DNA from: a virus
Taxonomy: Duplodnaviria > Caudoviricetes
DNA: 60,337 nt
Virus record (IMG/VR): IMGVR_UViG_3300011400_000003
Span: 1-60,337 of that record
Strand: one strand, 5' to 3'
Below are positions 9,736 to 17,735 of the stretch, piece by piece (position 1 is the first letter of the stretch; every line of letters begins with the position of its first letter). The translations under genes and the position numbers were made by a program. Below the pieces are notes generated by a model that did no database searches, had not been told where the DNA came from, and saw only the letters and a list, made by a program, of their open reading frames with translations.

Positions 9736-9936
9736 TTACGCCGGGTTGTTCTCCGGGGTAGCGACCGTCTTGGTCTTCCGGAACTTGCCGACGATCGACT
9801 GTGCTGCCGTCACGACGAGCGTTCCGACGAACAATCCACCAACCACCGCCATGGGTGTGATGAAGTTCATCTTCACGTTGTCGCCGACAGTCAAGTCACT
9901 CATCTTCGTGTTCCAGAGTCCTGTGGTCTCTTCCAT
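9736..9936 (-). CDS. Cassette-encoded small membrane protein
   Basis: AAGGAG RBS; one hydrophobic segment. Confidence 0.7.
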   Translation of the reverse strand: MEETTGLWNTKMSDLTVGDNVKMNFITPMAVVGGLFVGTLVVTAAQSIVGKFRKTKTVATPENNPA

Positions 9937-9967
9937 CGAATTACTCCTTGTGTAGCGAATATCTTCA

Positions 9968-9991
9968 TTATATTGTGTGTAAATTCTGCGA
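9968..9991 (-). promoter_or_regulatory. Phage-specific promoter
   Basis: TCGCAGAATTTACACACAATATAA. Confidence 0.8.
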
Positions 9992-10007
9992 GAGTATTCA
10001 CTAGAAA

Positions 10008-10298
10008 TTAGCGGTCCAAGCGGTTTTCTTCCTTGTCGTAGATGCGAATTCGATGATCTGATTCAGCAATATGAACCATAGCCATCCTTAAGAAGTCGTT
10101 TCTCTCCTGGAATTCAATCGCAAACTCGTCTGGAGTATTTGCATTATTGTATCCACCAGGCACCCAGGTAATTAGGTCCCCTTGAAGAGTAACTATCTCT
10201 TCCAACTTTTTAGCATATGTTCTATGCCACTTGTGGATAAACCCTACAACAGCACCGCCGATGAACGGTAATGCAAATTTTTCATATACTAGATTCAT
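10008..10298 (-). CDS. Hypothetical membrane-anchored protein
   Basis: N-terminal hydrophobic segment; AAGGAG RBS. Confidence 0.6.
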   Translation of the reverse strand: MNLVYEKFALPFIGGAVVGFIHKWHRTYAKKLEEIVTLQGDLITWVPGGYNNANTPDEFAIEFQERNDFLRMAMVHIAESDHRIRIYDKEENRLDR

Positions 10299-10444
10299 CT
10301 AGGCTCCTTCTGATTCATGTCACAAGTAGAGCACACGCCTTCGATTACTTCTTTGCCTCGTTCTTCCGCTCTTCTAACATCAGAAGTTGTTACATCTACC
10401 ATTCTAGATCTCTTACAAATAACGCACCAACCAAAAATTCTCAT
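10295..10444 (-). CDS. Small Zn-ribbon protein (49 aa, below the ORF track cutoff)
   Basis: MRIFGWCVIC...VCSTC; AAGGAG RBS. Confidence 0.6.
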   Translation of the reverse strand: MRIFGWCVICKRSRMVDVTTSDVRRAEERGKEVIEGVCSTCDMNQKEPR

Positions 10445-10464
10445 TATACTCCTTAATATAGAAA

Positions 10465-10621
10465 GAATGGGGGGAGCACAGGCCTCTCACTCTAGCCGGA
10501 AGGCACCTGTTACTCGAGTAAGTCCCACCACCAAACCGAGCGGGTGGCTCGGAGCGAAACCTTACTCAGGTTGTAGGGACCCCGGAACAACACGGCACTT
10601 CCCTCGAACCTACCCCCATTC
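10465..10621 (-). ncRNA. Candidate structured ncRNA (~157 nt)
   Basis: Intergenic; closing stem GAAUGGGGG/CCCCCAUUC with nested GGAAG/CUUCC, GAGUAAG/CUUACUC, CCGAGC/GCUCGG. Confidence 0.6.
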
Positions 10622-10625
10622 CGAA

Positions 10626-10943
10626 CTAAAACACCCACTTCCAAACTTCAATTAAGATTTTAATCATAACGAGAGACACAATACACAATAGACAAAAGAA
10701 CATTATAGAAAGAATTCCCCAAAAGAAAGTAGCTATAGTAGTCCGAAGTCTAACCCAACCGCCCTCCGGGATTTTTTCTAAGGTTGGAGGTTCAATTATA
10801 ATGTTGTCTTCGGGTACTACAATTCGCATAGCTGGTGAGTACCCTTCGTGTTCTAGATTTTCACAATATACTAGATCTTGATCTGGAATAAATGGTAATT
10901 CTTTGACTACTCCGCAGTCGTCGCAAATATAATAGTAAATCAT
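10626..10943 (-). CDS. Hypothetical Zn-ribbon plus C-terminal TM protein
   Basis: CDDC...C; long hydrophobic C-terminus. Confidence 0.55.
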   Translation of the reverse strand: MIYYYICDDCGVVKELPFIPDQDLVYCENLEHEGYSPAMRIVVPEDNIIIEPPTLEKIPEGGWVRLRTTIATFFWGILSIMFFCLLCIVSLVMIKILIEVWKWVF

Positions 10944-11299
10944 GGGCGTCTGTATCCATTCGTCGAGCGATTACGTAAAATATGTTGTTTTACTAGATCT
11001 TGTTTGACGGCCTCACGAGTAAGACCCGGCATAATGCGACCAAGAACAAAGTCTGGAGGACCGGTACTATCATTTCTCTCGACATGTGCCAAAGTTCCGC
11101 ACGTGATAAGTAACCTAGCATCTTCTCCCTCAAAAGAATCCCCGCCCACCATCGTTACTCCGCACTCTCGACCAGCAAATCCGTATGCTACCTCAAACCC
11201 GCTTCTCGTCCATGCAATCTCCATGTCTCCGAAAGCATGATCTTGCAACTCATCCCGATCACACCCATCAAGGATGGCCTTTGCTTCATTGACGTCCAT
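10940..11299 (-). CDS. Hypothetical protein
   Basis: GAGGAG RBS. Confidence 0.65.
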   Translation of the reverse strand: MDVNEAKAILDGCDRDELQDHAFGDMEIAWTRSGFEVAYGFAGRECGVTMVGGDSFEGEDARLLITCGTLAHVERNDSTGPPDFVLGRIMPGLTREAVKQDLVKQHILRNRSTNGYRRP

Positions 11300-11317
11300 G
11301 GAATTACTCCTCGGAGG

Positions 11318-11542
11318 TTAAGGATTTTTCTTTTCTTCTCGTTTTTTAGCTATACTTTCTCTGACTTTTGCAGAGAAGCCACCAAAAGTTTTAGGCACTG
11401 ACCGAGTTTCAGAATATGGTGCTTTTGCTTGTTGAATTTTCTTTTCTGCTTTTCTAATTTCTGAATTAGTCATCTCAGCTCTAGAAGAGGGTCCGCTTTT
11501 TAGTCCCATCTTTCTCAAACGTTTCGCTTTTGTTCCTCTCAT
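11318..11542 (-). CDS. Small basic protein
   Basis: Lys/Arg-rich packed ORF. Confidence 0.55.
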   Translation of the reverse strand: MRGTKAKRLRKMGLKSGPSSRAEMTNSEIRKAEKKIQQAKAPYSETRSVPKTFGGFSAKVRESIAKKREEKKNP

Positions 11543-11543
11543 A

Positions 11544-11750
11544 TCAACTCACAACATTCACGCCGACAAAGAAAAGCATCACAATAACAATCCATACAGC
11601 AACAGCGCAAAGCATAAGCCAAAAGAAATCAAATTTGCTTCTTGTGTACATGTTACTCCTTAACTTTCTATTGTTTCCATCTGTCTGGTCATAGGATTCA
11701 TCTTTGCTTTTAAAGAACCTATTGGACGGGTGGTGTGTGGAATTTTGCAT
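11544..11750 (-). CDS. Small membrane protein
   Basis: C-terminal hydrophobic helix. Confidence 0.55.
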   Translation of the reverse strand: MQNSTHHPSNRFFKSKDESYDQTDGNNRKLRSNMYTRSKFDFFWLMLCAVAVWIVIVMLFFVGVNVVS

Positions 11751-11826
11751 CGGTTCCCGTCTTTTGTTCTACACATTTCGTGTGGGCCGGCCTTACAGGT
11801 TGGACATGATTCATTCGCCCAGGCTC

Positions 11827-12108
11827 TCATAGCATCTCCGAATCTATGTTAATGAATCGACGATATGCGTCAGAATGCTTTGGCGTGAATGGAGTAACCT
11901 TATTAATGGCTTCTCCAATTTTTATGATGTTATTACCCAACAACTTAAAACTTACAAAGACGTCGTTCGCAGCGTATTGCATCATTTGAACGCCCTTTAC
12001 GTACTCCAAAATTAGTTTCCGCGCGTTCTTCCGCTCTTCCTCACGAACTAACCATGCCACGATTAAACAGAACACTAGGAATATGAATACCGCCCCGAGC
12101 GCTTTCAT
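11827..12108 (-). CDS. Membrane-anchored hypothetical protein
   Basis: N-terminal hydrophobic helix; ATGA overlap with upstream gene. Confidence 0.55.
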   Translation of the reverse strand: MKALGAVFIFLVFCLIVAWLVREEERKNARKLILEYVKGVQMMQYAANDVFVSFKLLGNNIIKIGEAINKVTPFTPKHSDAYRRFINIDSEML

Positions 12109-12296
12109 TCGTCGTCTTCTTTATACTTAACGGTCACAACAACTTTATCATCGATGCGTATACCCGTTAATGCGTTTTGCGCTTTGAACACGACGGTTGT
12201 TCCAAATATGTATCCGTCTGCAGTAACAATTACATCGTTACTTTTCTTTTCGACTTTAGATACTAGTGCTTCAAATGCTTGTTCCATTATTTGCAC
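12105..12296 (-). CDS. Hypothetical protein
   Basis: Packed ORF; probable start MEQAF. Confidence 0.5.
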   Translation of the reverse strand: MQIMEQAFEALVSKVEKKSNDVIVTADGYIFGTTVVFKAQNALTGIRIDDKVVVTVKYKEDDE

Positions 12297-12544
12297 CCCG
12301 CTTGTTTGGCATGAGCAAGATCAGTCTTAACAACATAACCATCAACCATGCATTGTATGCCTAGAAAAGTAGTCGATGTCGTTGTCGATGACAAAATCCG
12401 GTCGATTTTTGTTTCGTAGAAACCCTTGTTCGTCGATTTCCCAATCTGGAAAGAGAGAAAACTCAACAACAACACCACGACCATCATCATAAACTTTGTG
12501 AATTTTTCCGATCGGCTTTTCGGCACGTTTATTCTCCTCTTCAA
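12287..12544 (-). CDS. Hypothetical membrane protein
   Basis: TM segment; competes with overlapping ORF 12342..12575. Confidence 0.4.
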   Translation of the reverse strand: MKRRINVPKSRSEKFTKFMMMVVVLLLSFLSFQIGKSTNKGFYETKIDRILSSTTTSTTFLGIQCMVDGYVVKTDLAHAKQAGCK

Positions 12545-12779
12545 TTATCTGAAAAGCTTTGTCAAGAGGCATCATGTAGCGACTCCAAACCTAGTTAATT
12601 ACGGTTCCTATCTTCACTCATGAGTTGTTCATTTGCGTGCAATTCACTAAAAGAATATCCCGAAACATCCGCTCCTGCATCTGCTGAGTGTCCGTAACAG
12701 AAAGGCTCGTCGTCGAAGCTTACAGCACAGACGCAGTCTGGCATTTCACAAATATGTACTTCGTTCATTATTCGCCCCC

Positions 12780-13082
12780 CTAAGGTCGCACACTGTTTAT
12801 GTACTCAATTACAGAATATAGTGCCTTCTCGTGATCTAAACCATCTCGTCGAAGATCTAGCAATGTTGTAATTAGATGGACATGATTGACGCTCAATTCC
12901 TCAGCAAACGCAACCATGGTGTCCACGTATAAATCAGTCTCAGTCTTCAGAGTGAGAGAACTTAGTTGTAAGAACCGACCGTTTTTGTGTTCAATTTCAG
13001 CTAACAATGAAAGTCTGCCTGTCGCAACGTCGTAGATTTTCCATGCATCTAGAAAAGCTTGACCTTTAGCGGAGAGTTCCAT
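12780..13082 (-). CDS. Hypothetical protein
   Basis: AAAGGA RBS; TAATG overlap. Confidence 0.6.
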   Translation of the reverse strand: MELSAKGQAFLDAWKIYDVATGRLSLLAEIEHKNGRFLQLSSLTLKTETDLYVDTMVAFAEELSVNHVHLITTLLDLRRDGLDHEKALYSVIEYINSVRP

Positions 13083-13258
13083 TATTTAGTTCCTTTCGAA
13101 CAATTATCAAGATGTCTCTGCTTGTTTCCACAAGGGCAGTTCTTATCCATACAAGTTGCGCAACCGTTACAACGAAGTTTTGGTTCAGTAAAAATATGGA
13201 ATAGTTTATCGAAATCCGGTTCATCATTTGTTAGATTTTCGAGACCGTCAATTCCCAT
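13082..13258 (-). CDS. Small Cys-rich protein
   Basis: Start MGIDG after GAAGGAG RBS; the longer ORF-track version runs through the RNA element. Confidence 0.55.
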   Translation of the reverse strand: MGIDGLENLTNDEPDFDKLFHIFTEPKLRCNGCATCMDKNCPCGNKQRHLDNCSKGTK

Positions 13259-13287
13259 TAGTTCTCCTTCTAATTGTAAATATGAAA

Positions 13288-13370
13288 GGTTGTGGGTTAG
13301 GGTCTGCAGCCCCAACAGGAAGTCGTACCCCAGGCTTTTCACACCGTAGCACCCCGCTGTCCCCACAACC
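13288..13370 (-). ncRNA. Three-way-junction RNA element, copy A
   Basis: GGUUGUGGG-GACAGC...GUUG-GGG..CCC-UAA-CCCACAACC. Confidence 0.7.
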
Positions 13371-13384
13371 ATATATGGTTCTAC

Positions 13385-13813
13385 TTAAGCAGCAAGCTTG
13401 TTCATGACTGTGGACAAAGAGACCCCGAAGTGCTTAGCAATTTCCGCATTGGTGTATCCCATGCGCTTCATTTTCTTGAGTTCTTTGATCTCTTGCTCGT
13501 CCAGAATTACTCGTGCTTTACGAGCAGCAATCCGCTTCTTTGCTGTCTTGCTTTTCAGTTGTGTCGTGTTGTTATTTATTTGATCAGGTGTGAATGCCTG
13601 AACAACGACGCTAGAGTCCTGAAGCTTGACCCGAACGATCAAGTCTCGCTTGCTGGCTTCAGAATATACCTTGTACATGAAGCCACCAAGACCAATGTGA
13701 AAGTCAGAGTCTTTGGTGATCTTCCACACACTACCGTCAAGCCACTGACCCCAGGGGTACTGAGCCTCAGACTCTTTTTCGTCTTTCGGAAATTCACGCA
13801 AACGACTAGCCAT
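13385..13813 (-). CDS. HTH DNA-binding protein
   Basis: YPWGQWLDG N-domain; C-terminal HTH GYTNAEIAKHFGVSLSTV. Confidence 0.75.
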   Translation of the reverse strand: MASRLREFPKDEKESEAQYPWGQWLDGSVWKITKDSDFHIGLGGFMYKVYSEASKRDLIVRVKLQDSSVVVQAFTPDQINNNTTQLKSKTAKKRIAARKARVILDEQEIKELKKMKRMGYTNAEIAKHFGVSLSTVMNKLAA

Positions 13814-14005
13814 TATTATGTTCCTTTCAATTGTGGTTAGCTAACAACGAAGGGCTGTGAGTAATCATCGAGAATAATTAAGGTGAGCGCAGGAGTAAAT
13901 CCAGCCCTTAATGAAACTCTAGAAGTATTTCAGCGTACGCCCCTCCAGTAAGTTCCTTAGGCTTACCTTCTATAACGTACATCCATACTGTCCTCACAGC
14001 ACCAG

Positions 14006-14360
14006 TGGACCTGGGGGGAATCGAACCCCCGTCCAGAACTCCTTTAACTGCTCGTTTACTGCAATAGCCACTGGAACCGTGGCCGCTCTCACGCTCCACC
14101 ACCTTCTTTTTCTGCGGAGAATAAAGAAGGAAACGCATTACTCTTTCCTTACTTAGCCGTTAGTTAATAGGGTGGACCAACCCCAGACGTGGCTACTACT
14201 ACGCAGCAACCAGTTGAGCGTCAGCGCAAAGCGCCTCGTACTCAGCGTCGATGTCACCGATGTTGGTGTCATTTAGTTTGGTTCCGTGTTTTAACGTCAC
14301 TTCGGAGATGACGTGCAGAAGAAACAATCTCCAGTAGATCTGTCGAATCCTATCAGGCCC
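14006..14360 (-). ncRNA. ssrA: tmRNA (355 nt); tag ORF 14199..14270 encodes (A)DTNIGDIDAEYEALCADAQLVAA
   Basis: 5' GGGCCUGAUAGGAUUCGAC; 3' GGGGGUUCGAUUCCCCCCAGGUCCA; G3:U70 Ala identity pair; UAAAU before the resume codon; tag ends LVAA followed by three UAG. Confidence 0.95.
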
Positions 14361-14452
14361 AAATATCTACTTGCGCCTCAAATGCACGAGGCCAAGAAGT
14401 CCAGCAATTGTAATCACAACGACAGCAACAATTCCAATAATTTTAGTGTTCA

Positions 14453-14773
14453 TTATTCCTCAATTCTATGAAATATTACTCCGTCTATATTAAATACAAG
14501 ATTGAATTCTGTCATCTTACTTGGGTCGCCAATTCCTCCGAGACCGAAATCAAGAGAACCATCCCCACGGCTTTCATTCAAAAGCCAACCAGAAATAGCA
14601 CCCTCAACCGTTCGAGGTAAACCAAGAGCATCATATATTTCGTTTAAAAATACATGACCTCTAGAACGTAACATATGATTAAAGTAATTCTCATGTGCTC
14701 GAAGAAAATTCAAGTTCATTTCAGAATTGTCACTCCAAAGTTCGTTGTGTTCATCAAACACACTGGGTTTCAT
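14453..14773 (-). CDS. Stand-alone C-terminal DUF6353-like domain protein
   Basis: GHVFLNEIYDALGL...GW...FNIDG aligns with the C-terminus of 24713..25615. Confidence 0.7.
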   Translation of the reverse strand: MKPSVFDEHNELWSDNSEMNLNFLRAHENYFNHMLRSRGHVFLNEIYDALGLPRTVEGAISGWLLNESRGDGSLDFGLGGIGDPSKMTEFNLVFNIDGVIFHRIEE

Positions 14774-14808
14774 TACCCGCTCCTTCTAATTGTAAATATG
14801 ATTGATGG

Positions 14809-14912
14809 TTGTGGGTTAGGTGTCTAGAACACCAACTTCTCAAGCTCCCCTACCTACCGACACAGTCAGTGGATCAAACGGTTTAGTGTTTATCTTGAAG
14901 CTGTCCCCACAA
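14809..14912 (-). ncRNA. Three-way-junction RNA element, copy B
   Basis: UUGUGGG-GACAGC...GUU-GGUGU..ACACC-UAA-CCCACAA. Confidence 0.7.
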
Positions 14913-14919
14913 ATATCAA

Positions 14920-15087
14920 CTAACCTTCGTCTTGATTTCCTTGCCCGGAATTCGCTGTATCGGTAACCATACCGCTGTCAGTTTCCTGACCAGAAGAAGG
15001 CTCCGTTTCTTCCGTGCGCTCCGGAGTGGCCTGATCCTGGTCTTGCTGATCGTTCTGCTGTTCGACCTCGTTGGGGTCACGTTCCAT
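14920..15087 (-). CDS. Small acidic disordered protein (55 aa)
   Basis: MERDPNEVEQQNDQQDQD...; GAGGA RBS; below the ORF track cutoff. Confidence 0.55.
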   Translation of the reverse strand: MERDPNEVEQQNDQQDQDQATPERTEETEPSSGQETDSGMVTDTANSGQGNQDEG

Positions 15088-15127
15088 TTACTTGTTCCTC
15101 TCAAAAATATAGCCGATGTTGACTTGC

Positions 15128-15394
15128 TTAGTCGTCGTGGTCTGCGTTGTCTGCAATGGTTGTGAACCACAAACCCCATCGCTTCAGGGTGTCTGGATCA
15201 CCGGAACGAAGAAGCTTTGCGTCCTCTTCGAACTTCTCAACACGATCAGGATGCTCGTGTTCCACCGCAGCGAAATATTCAGCAATGTGTGCGGCACGCT
15301 CAATCGATCCACCATTACTTTGAATAGCTTCTGTAACTCGATGACCTGTGATCGTAAGCTTACTACCAAGATCTCGAAGAGTTGTTGCGTTCAC
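15128..15394 (-). CDS. Hypothetical protein
   Basis: GAAGGAG RBS, GTG start. Confidence 0.65.
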   Translation of the reverse strand: MNATTLRDLGSKLTITGHRVTEAIQSNGGSIERAAHIAEYFAAVEHEHPDRVEKFEEDAKLLRSGDPDTLKRWGLWFTTIADNADHDD

Positions 15395-15422
15395 TTTTCT
15401 CCTTCGTTGAAATATGATTCGT

Positions 15423-15493
15423 GTTATAGGGAGTTAGGCTAGACTTGCCAACACTGAACCCCTTCGGCGGCGCAATGCTGTCCTCCCTATAAC
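15423..15493 (-). ncRNA. Three-way-junction RNA element, copy C
   Basis: GUUAUAGGGAG-GACAGC...GUU-GGC..GCC-UAA-CUCCCUAUAAC. Confidence 0.7.
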
Positions 15494-15547
15494 CCTGGCT
15501 CATTACAAGCCCTACTTCATGTGATGTCCAATCTCTCAAAGTCTAGG

Positions 15548-15757
15548 TTAGTCAAATTTAAAGTTGGGGCCCATCGGTGTCATCCCCCTATCATAAGTTT
15601 TATACTCTTTAGAAGCGCATGAGTTATGGTCCATGCGCCGGGTTGAAACCCGATCCTCTAATTTAAATATACTTCGACATGTGAGTGCAACTGTGAAACC
15701 CACGGGCATTTCACCGATAAAGGCTGCATGGGCATTTTTGATTTTAACCGGAGCCAT
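15548..15757 (-). CDS. Hypothetical protein
   Basis: AGGAG RBS. Confidence 0.5.
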   Translation of the reverse strand: MAPVKIKNAHAAFIGEMPVGFTVALTCRSIFKLEDRVSTRRMDHNSCASKEYKTYDRGMTPMGPNFKFD

Positions 15758-15884
15758 TGCACCACTCCTAATCTAAAAATACCGTTTGTCGAAGAACAGC
15801 ATATTTAAACCTATGAAGATCGCGCCAAGACCCTAGTTACCACATTAACTATGCTCGTAGAGAATAAGGATCATTTCAATCCTC

Positions 15885-16280
15885 CTAGTTTTTGTGGTTC
15901 TCCGCCCACTCGAGAATGGAGTCGAACTCGTCGTCATCGATCTCACCTTCACCCGTCGTCTCCAATCGAATGATGGCAAGCTTGATGACTTCCAAGACTT
16001 CGTCTTTGGTCCGTCCAGGAGAGTCGTTGAAAGCGGGAATGGAGTGGTACTGCCGTCCGTATCGTTCTCCGATGATCTGAAGAACGACTTCCCGAGCACC
16101 TTTCTGAGCGTCGGTCAGTCCGTGCTCGTTGGAATTGCAATATCCGAACAAGGCGCCCTCCAAGCAGACGTAGTACTTGCCGTCAGAACCTTCAGTGCTC
16201 CAATCGCCTTGGGTCCAGCCCTTCTCGACCCGCTTGTATGCCGTTCGAAGCACCTTGATAGGGGTGCCGGCTTTACTCAT
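15885..16280 (-). CDS. DUF6197-like protein
   Basis: GWTQG, CLEGAL, FNDSPGRTKDEV motifs typical of this actinobacterial family (from recall). Confidence 0.65.
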   Translation of the reverse strand: MSKAGTPIKVLRTAYKRVEKGWTQGDWSTEGSDGKYYVCLEGALFGYCNSNEHGLTDAQKGAREVVLQIIGERYGRQYHSIPAFNDSPGRTKDEVLEVIKLAIIRLETTGEGEIDDDEFDSILEWAENHKN

Positions 16281-16451
16281 TAGTTACCCCTTTCGTGGGT
16301 TCGGGAGGAACAAACAGCTCGGGTTCTGTCTCGTAAAGCTTTGAGATGAAGCCGCAAATATCTTTCTGTTCCTCAGTAATGTTTTCAGGATCTACCACGT
16401 TTCCGTCAAGATCTCTAAAAACTACTTGCATGCTTCATCTCCTTAGAAGGC

Positions 16452-16537
16452 GGGGGTTAGACCAACCAAACCTGTCCGGTTCATTAGTTAGTCAACAGAG
16501 TCAGATGTGACCCTAGTCACGAGTCTGCTGTCCCCCC
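16452..16537 (-). ncRNA. Three-way-junction RNA element, copy D
   Basis: GGGGG-GACAGC...GUU-GACUAACUAA..UUGGUUGGUC-UAA-CCCCC. Confidence 0.7.
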
Positions 16538-16541
16538 ATGA

Positions 16542-16904
16542 CTAACGGATTAAGTATTTGTATTCTGAACACTCCACAATTATTGGAATGTTCTTCGCCG
16601 CTTTAGTAGGCTCAAAACGTAAAGCGGTTTGCTTGTTCTTGCTCATTGGGTGTTTGTCGACCTTCGGTTTGAGGTCTTTCAACACGCTGCAAGCTTTCTT
16701 AACGTCTTTGTCTCTAACCGACACATACGCCGTTGTTGAACGAATCTTTCCGTTCCCTAAAATGTCGCTGGGTCCACCTTGGCACGAGTAGAAAGTCTTG
16801 ATACCCGCCTCCCAAAGGCGCAAACAAACAGGAAGCACGTAAATATCAATCTCTACGTACTTGTCTTTCATGTAAACCGTTGGATGGAGGATTCTTTGTC
16901 TCAT
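16542..16904 (-). CDS. Hypothetical protein with ID...L...GIKT..SCQG motif
   Basis: Motif resembles the TYW3-like N-terminus; weak. Confidence 0.55.
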   Translation of the reverse strand: MRQRILHPTVYMKDKYVEIDIYVLPVCLRLWEAGIKTFYSCQGGPSDILGNGKIRSTTAYVSVRDKDVKKACSVLKDLKPKVDKHPMSKNKQTALRFEPTKAAKNIPIIVECSEYKYLIR

Positions 16905-16974
16905 TAGGCTCCATTCAAATGGACAGAAAATAAGAAAGAGGTACCTGATAAATCAGATATTGTCCTCTCTCCTA

Positions 16975-16998
16975 TTACAAGCGTTGTATATCTTGCGA
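16975..16998 (-). promoter_or_regulatory. Phage-specific promoter followed by leader hairpin 16927..16973
   Basis: TCGCAAGATATACAACGCTTGTAA. Confidence 0.75.
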
Positions 16999-17323
16999 AT
17001 CAGACAGCATGCTGGAGTTTCCAAATATTAACGTCTTCGGTGTACTTTATACCGTCTGATACGCCCCATAACACTGTGGCCGTATTGTCCTCATTGATTT
17101 GTTCAATTATCCCCGTCGGGGATTTTTGCCCTAAACGATTTACTCTATCACCCAAACAAATCATGATGCTCTCTGCTCAAATATGTTTTGCCGAGTTGGT
17201 TCAGTAGTTTCTTCATCAACAATAATGACTACTTGACAAATATGTTGATCGTGTGGACCTATCTGAGTGCATTTAATTTCTACGTCACCTTTACCGAAAT
17301 CAACCACGGTCCAAATATCACAG

Positions 17324-17692
17324 TCAACTAGCATTCTCCTCAGCTCCTACAATCTTCCCTTCTTCGGGGAAGTTGTCTGGCGATTCATTTTTATCAGCAT
17401 TCAAATTATCTAAGAACTCTTTCATCTCATCTGTAATTGCAACAAATTGAGATTTAAAAATAAATCCTGGAAAACAACGAACGTTCTTACCCATCTTCGT
17501 CATCCAAAAACCAGGTGTCACTTTGTAAACATTTGGAACCATACGCCGATCAACCAAAATATACTTTGATCCGTCTTCTTCTTCGCAGACAGTTCCAATG
17601 AATTCAGCTGCATCCCAGAGGTTCTCAGCCGTGATTTCAACGGCCTCTACTCGAAACGGATTGCGCACATAGTTCTTGTATTCCAAATCCAC
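17324..17692 (-). CDS. Conserved phage protein (Y.R.P..VEA...G.W....F...F family)
   Basis: YVRNPFRVEAVEI...PGFW...IFKSQF pattern. Confidence 0.6.
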   Translation of the reverse strand: MDLEYKNYVRNPFRVEAVEITAENLWDAAEFIGTVCEEEDGSKYILVDRRMVPNVYKVTPGFWMTKMGKNVRCFPGFIFKSQFVAITDEMKEFLDNLNADKNESPDNFPEEGKIVGAEENAS

Positions 17693-17735
17693 GATAGTGT
17701 CCCGTCTATTCCGATTTTAGGGGTTTTAAATATGT

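Noticed and set aside
8796-9991. CRISPR-like periodicity of the promoter repeats
   Set aside because: Repeats are degenerate and the intervening sequences are ~250-300 bp genes with RBS; no cas genes
10600-10612. GUUCGA suggesting a tRNA or Y-RNA T-arm
   Set aside because: No T-stem or cloverleaf and no Ro60 gene in the window
13259-13372. N-terminal extension of ORF 13082..13372
   Set aside because: Runs through junction RNA copy A; a strong RBS supports the start at 13258
13908-14138. 76-aa minus-strand ORF
   Set aside because: Largely overlaps the tmRNA 3' half; at most a short downstream peptide is real
15423-15493. Similarity of GACAGC...GUUGGC...GCC to the 23S rRNA L10/L11 region or c-di-GMP-I riboswitch segments
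   Set aside because: Only short words match; pairing and order differ and the other three copies do not keep the similarity
17105-17133. CCCCGTCGGGGATTTTT palindrome similar to the terminal motif
   Set aside because: Lies inside a plausible small ORF (MICLGDRV...); likely chance
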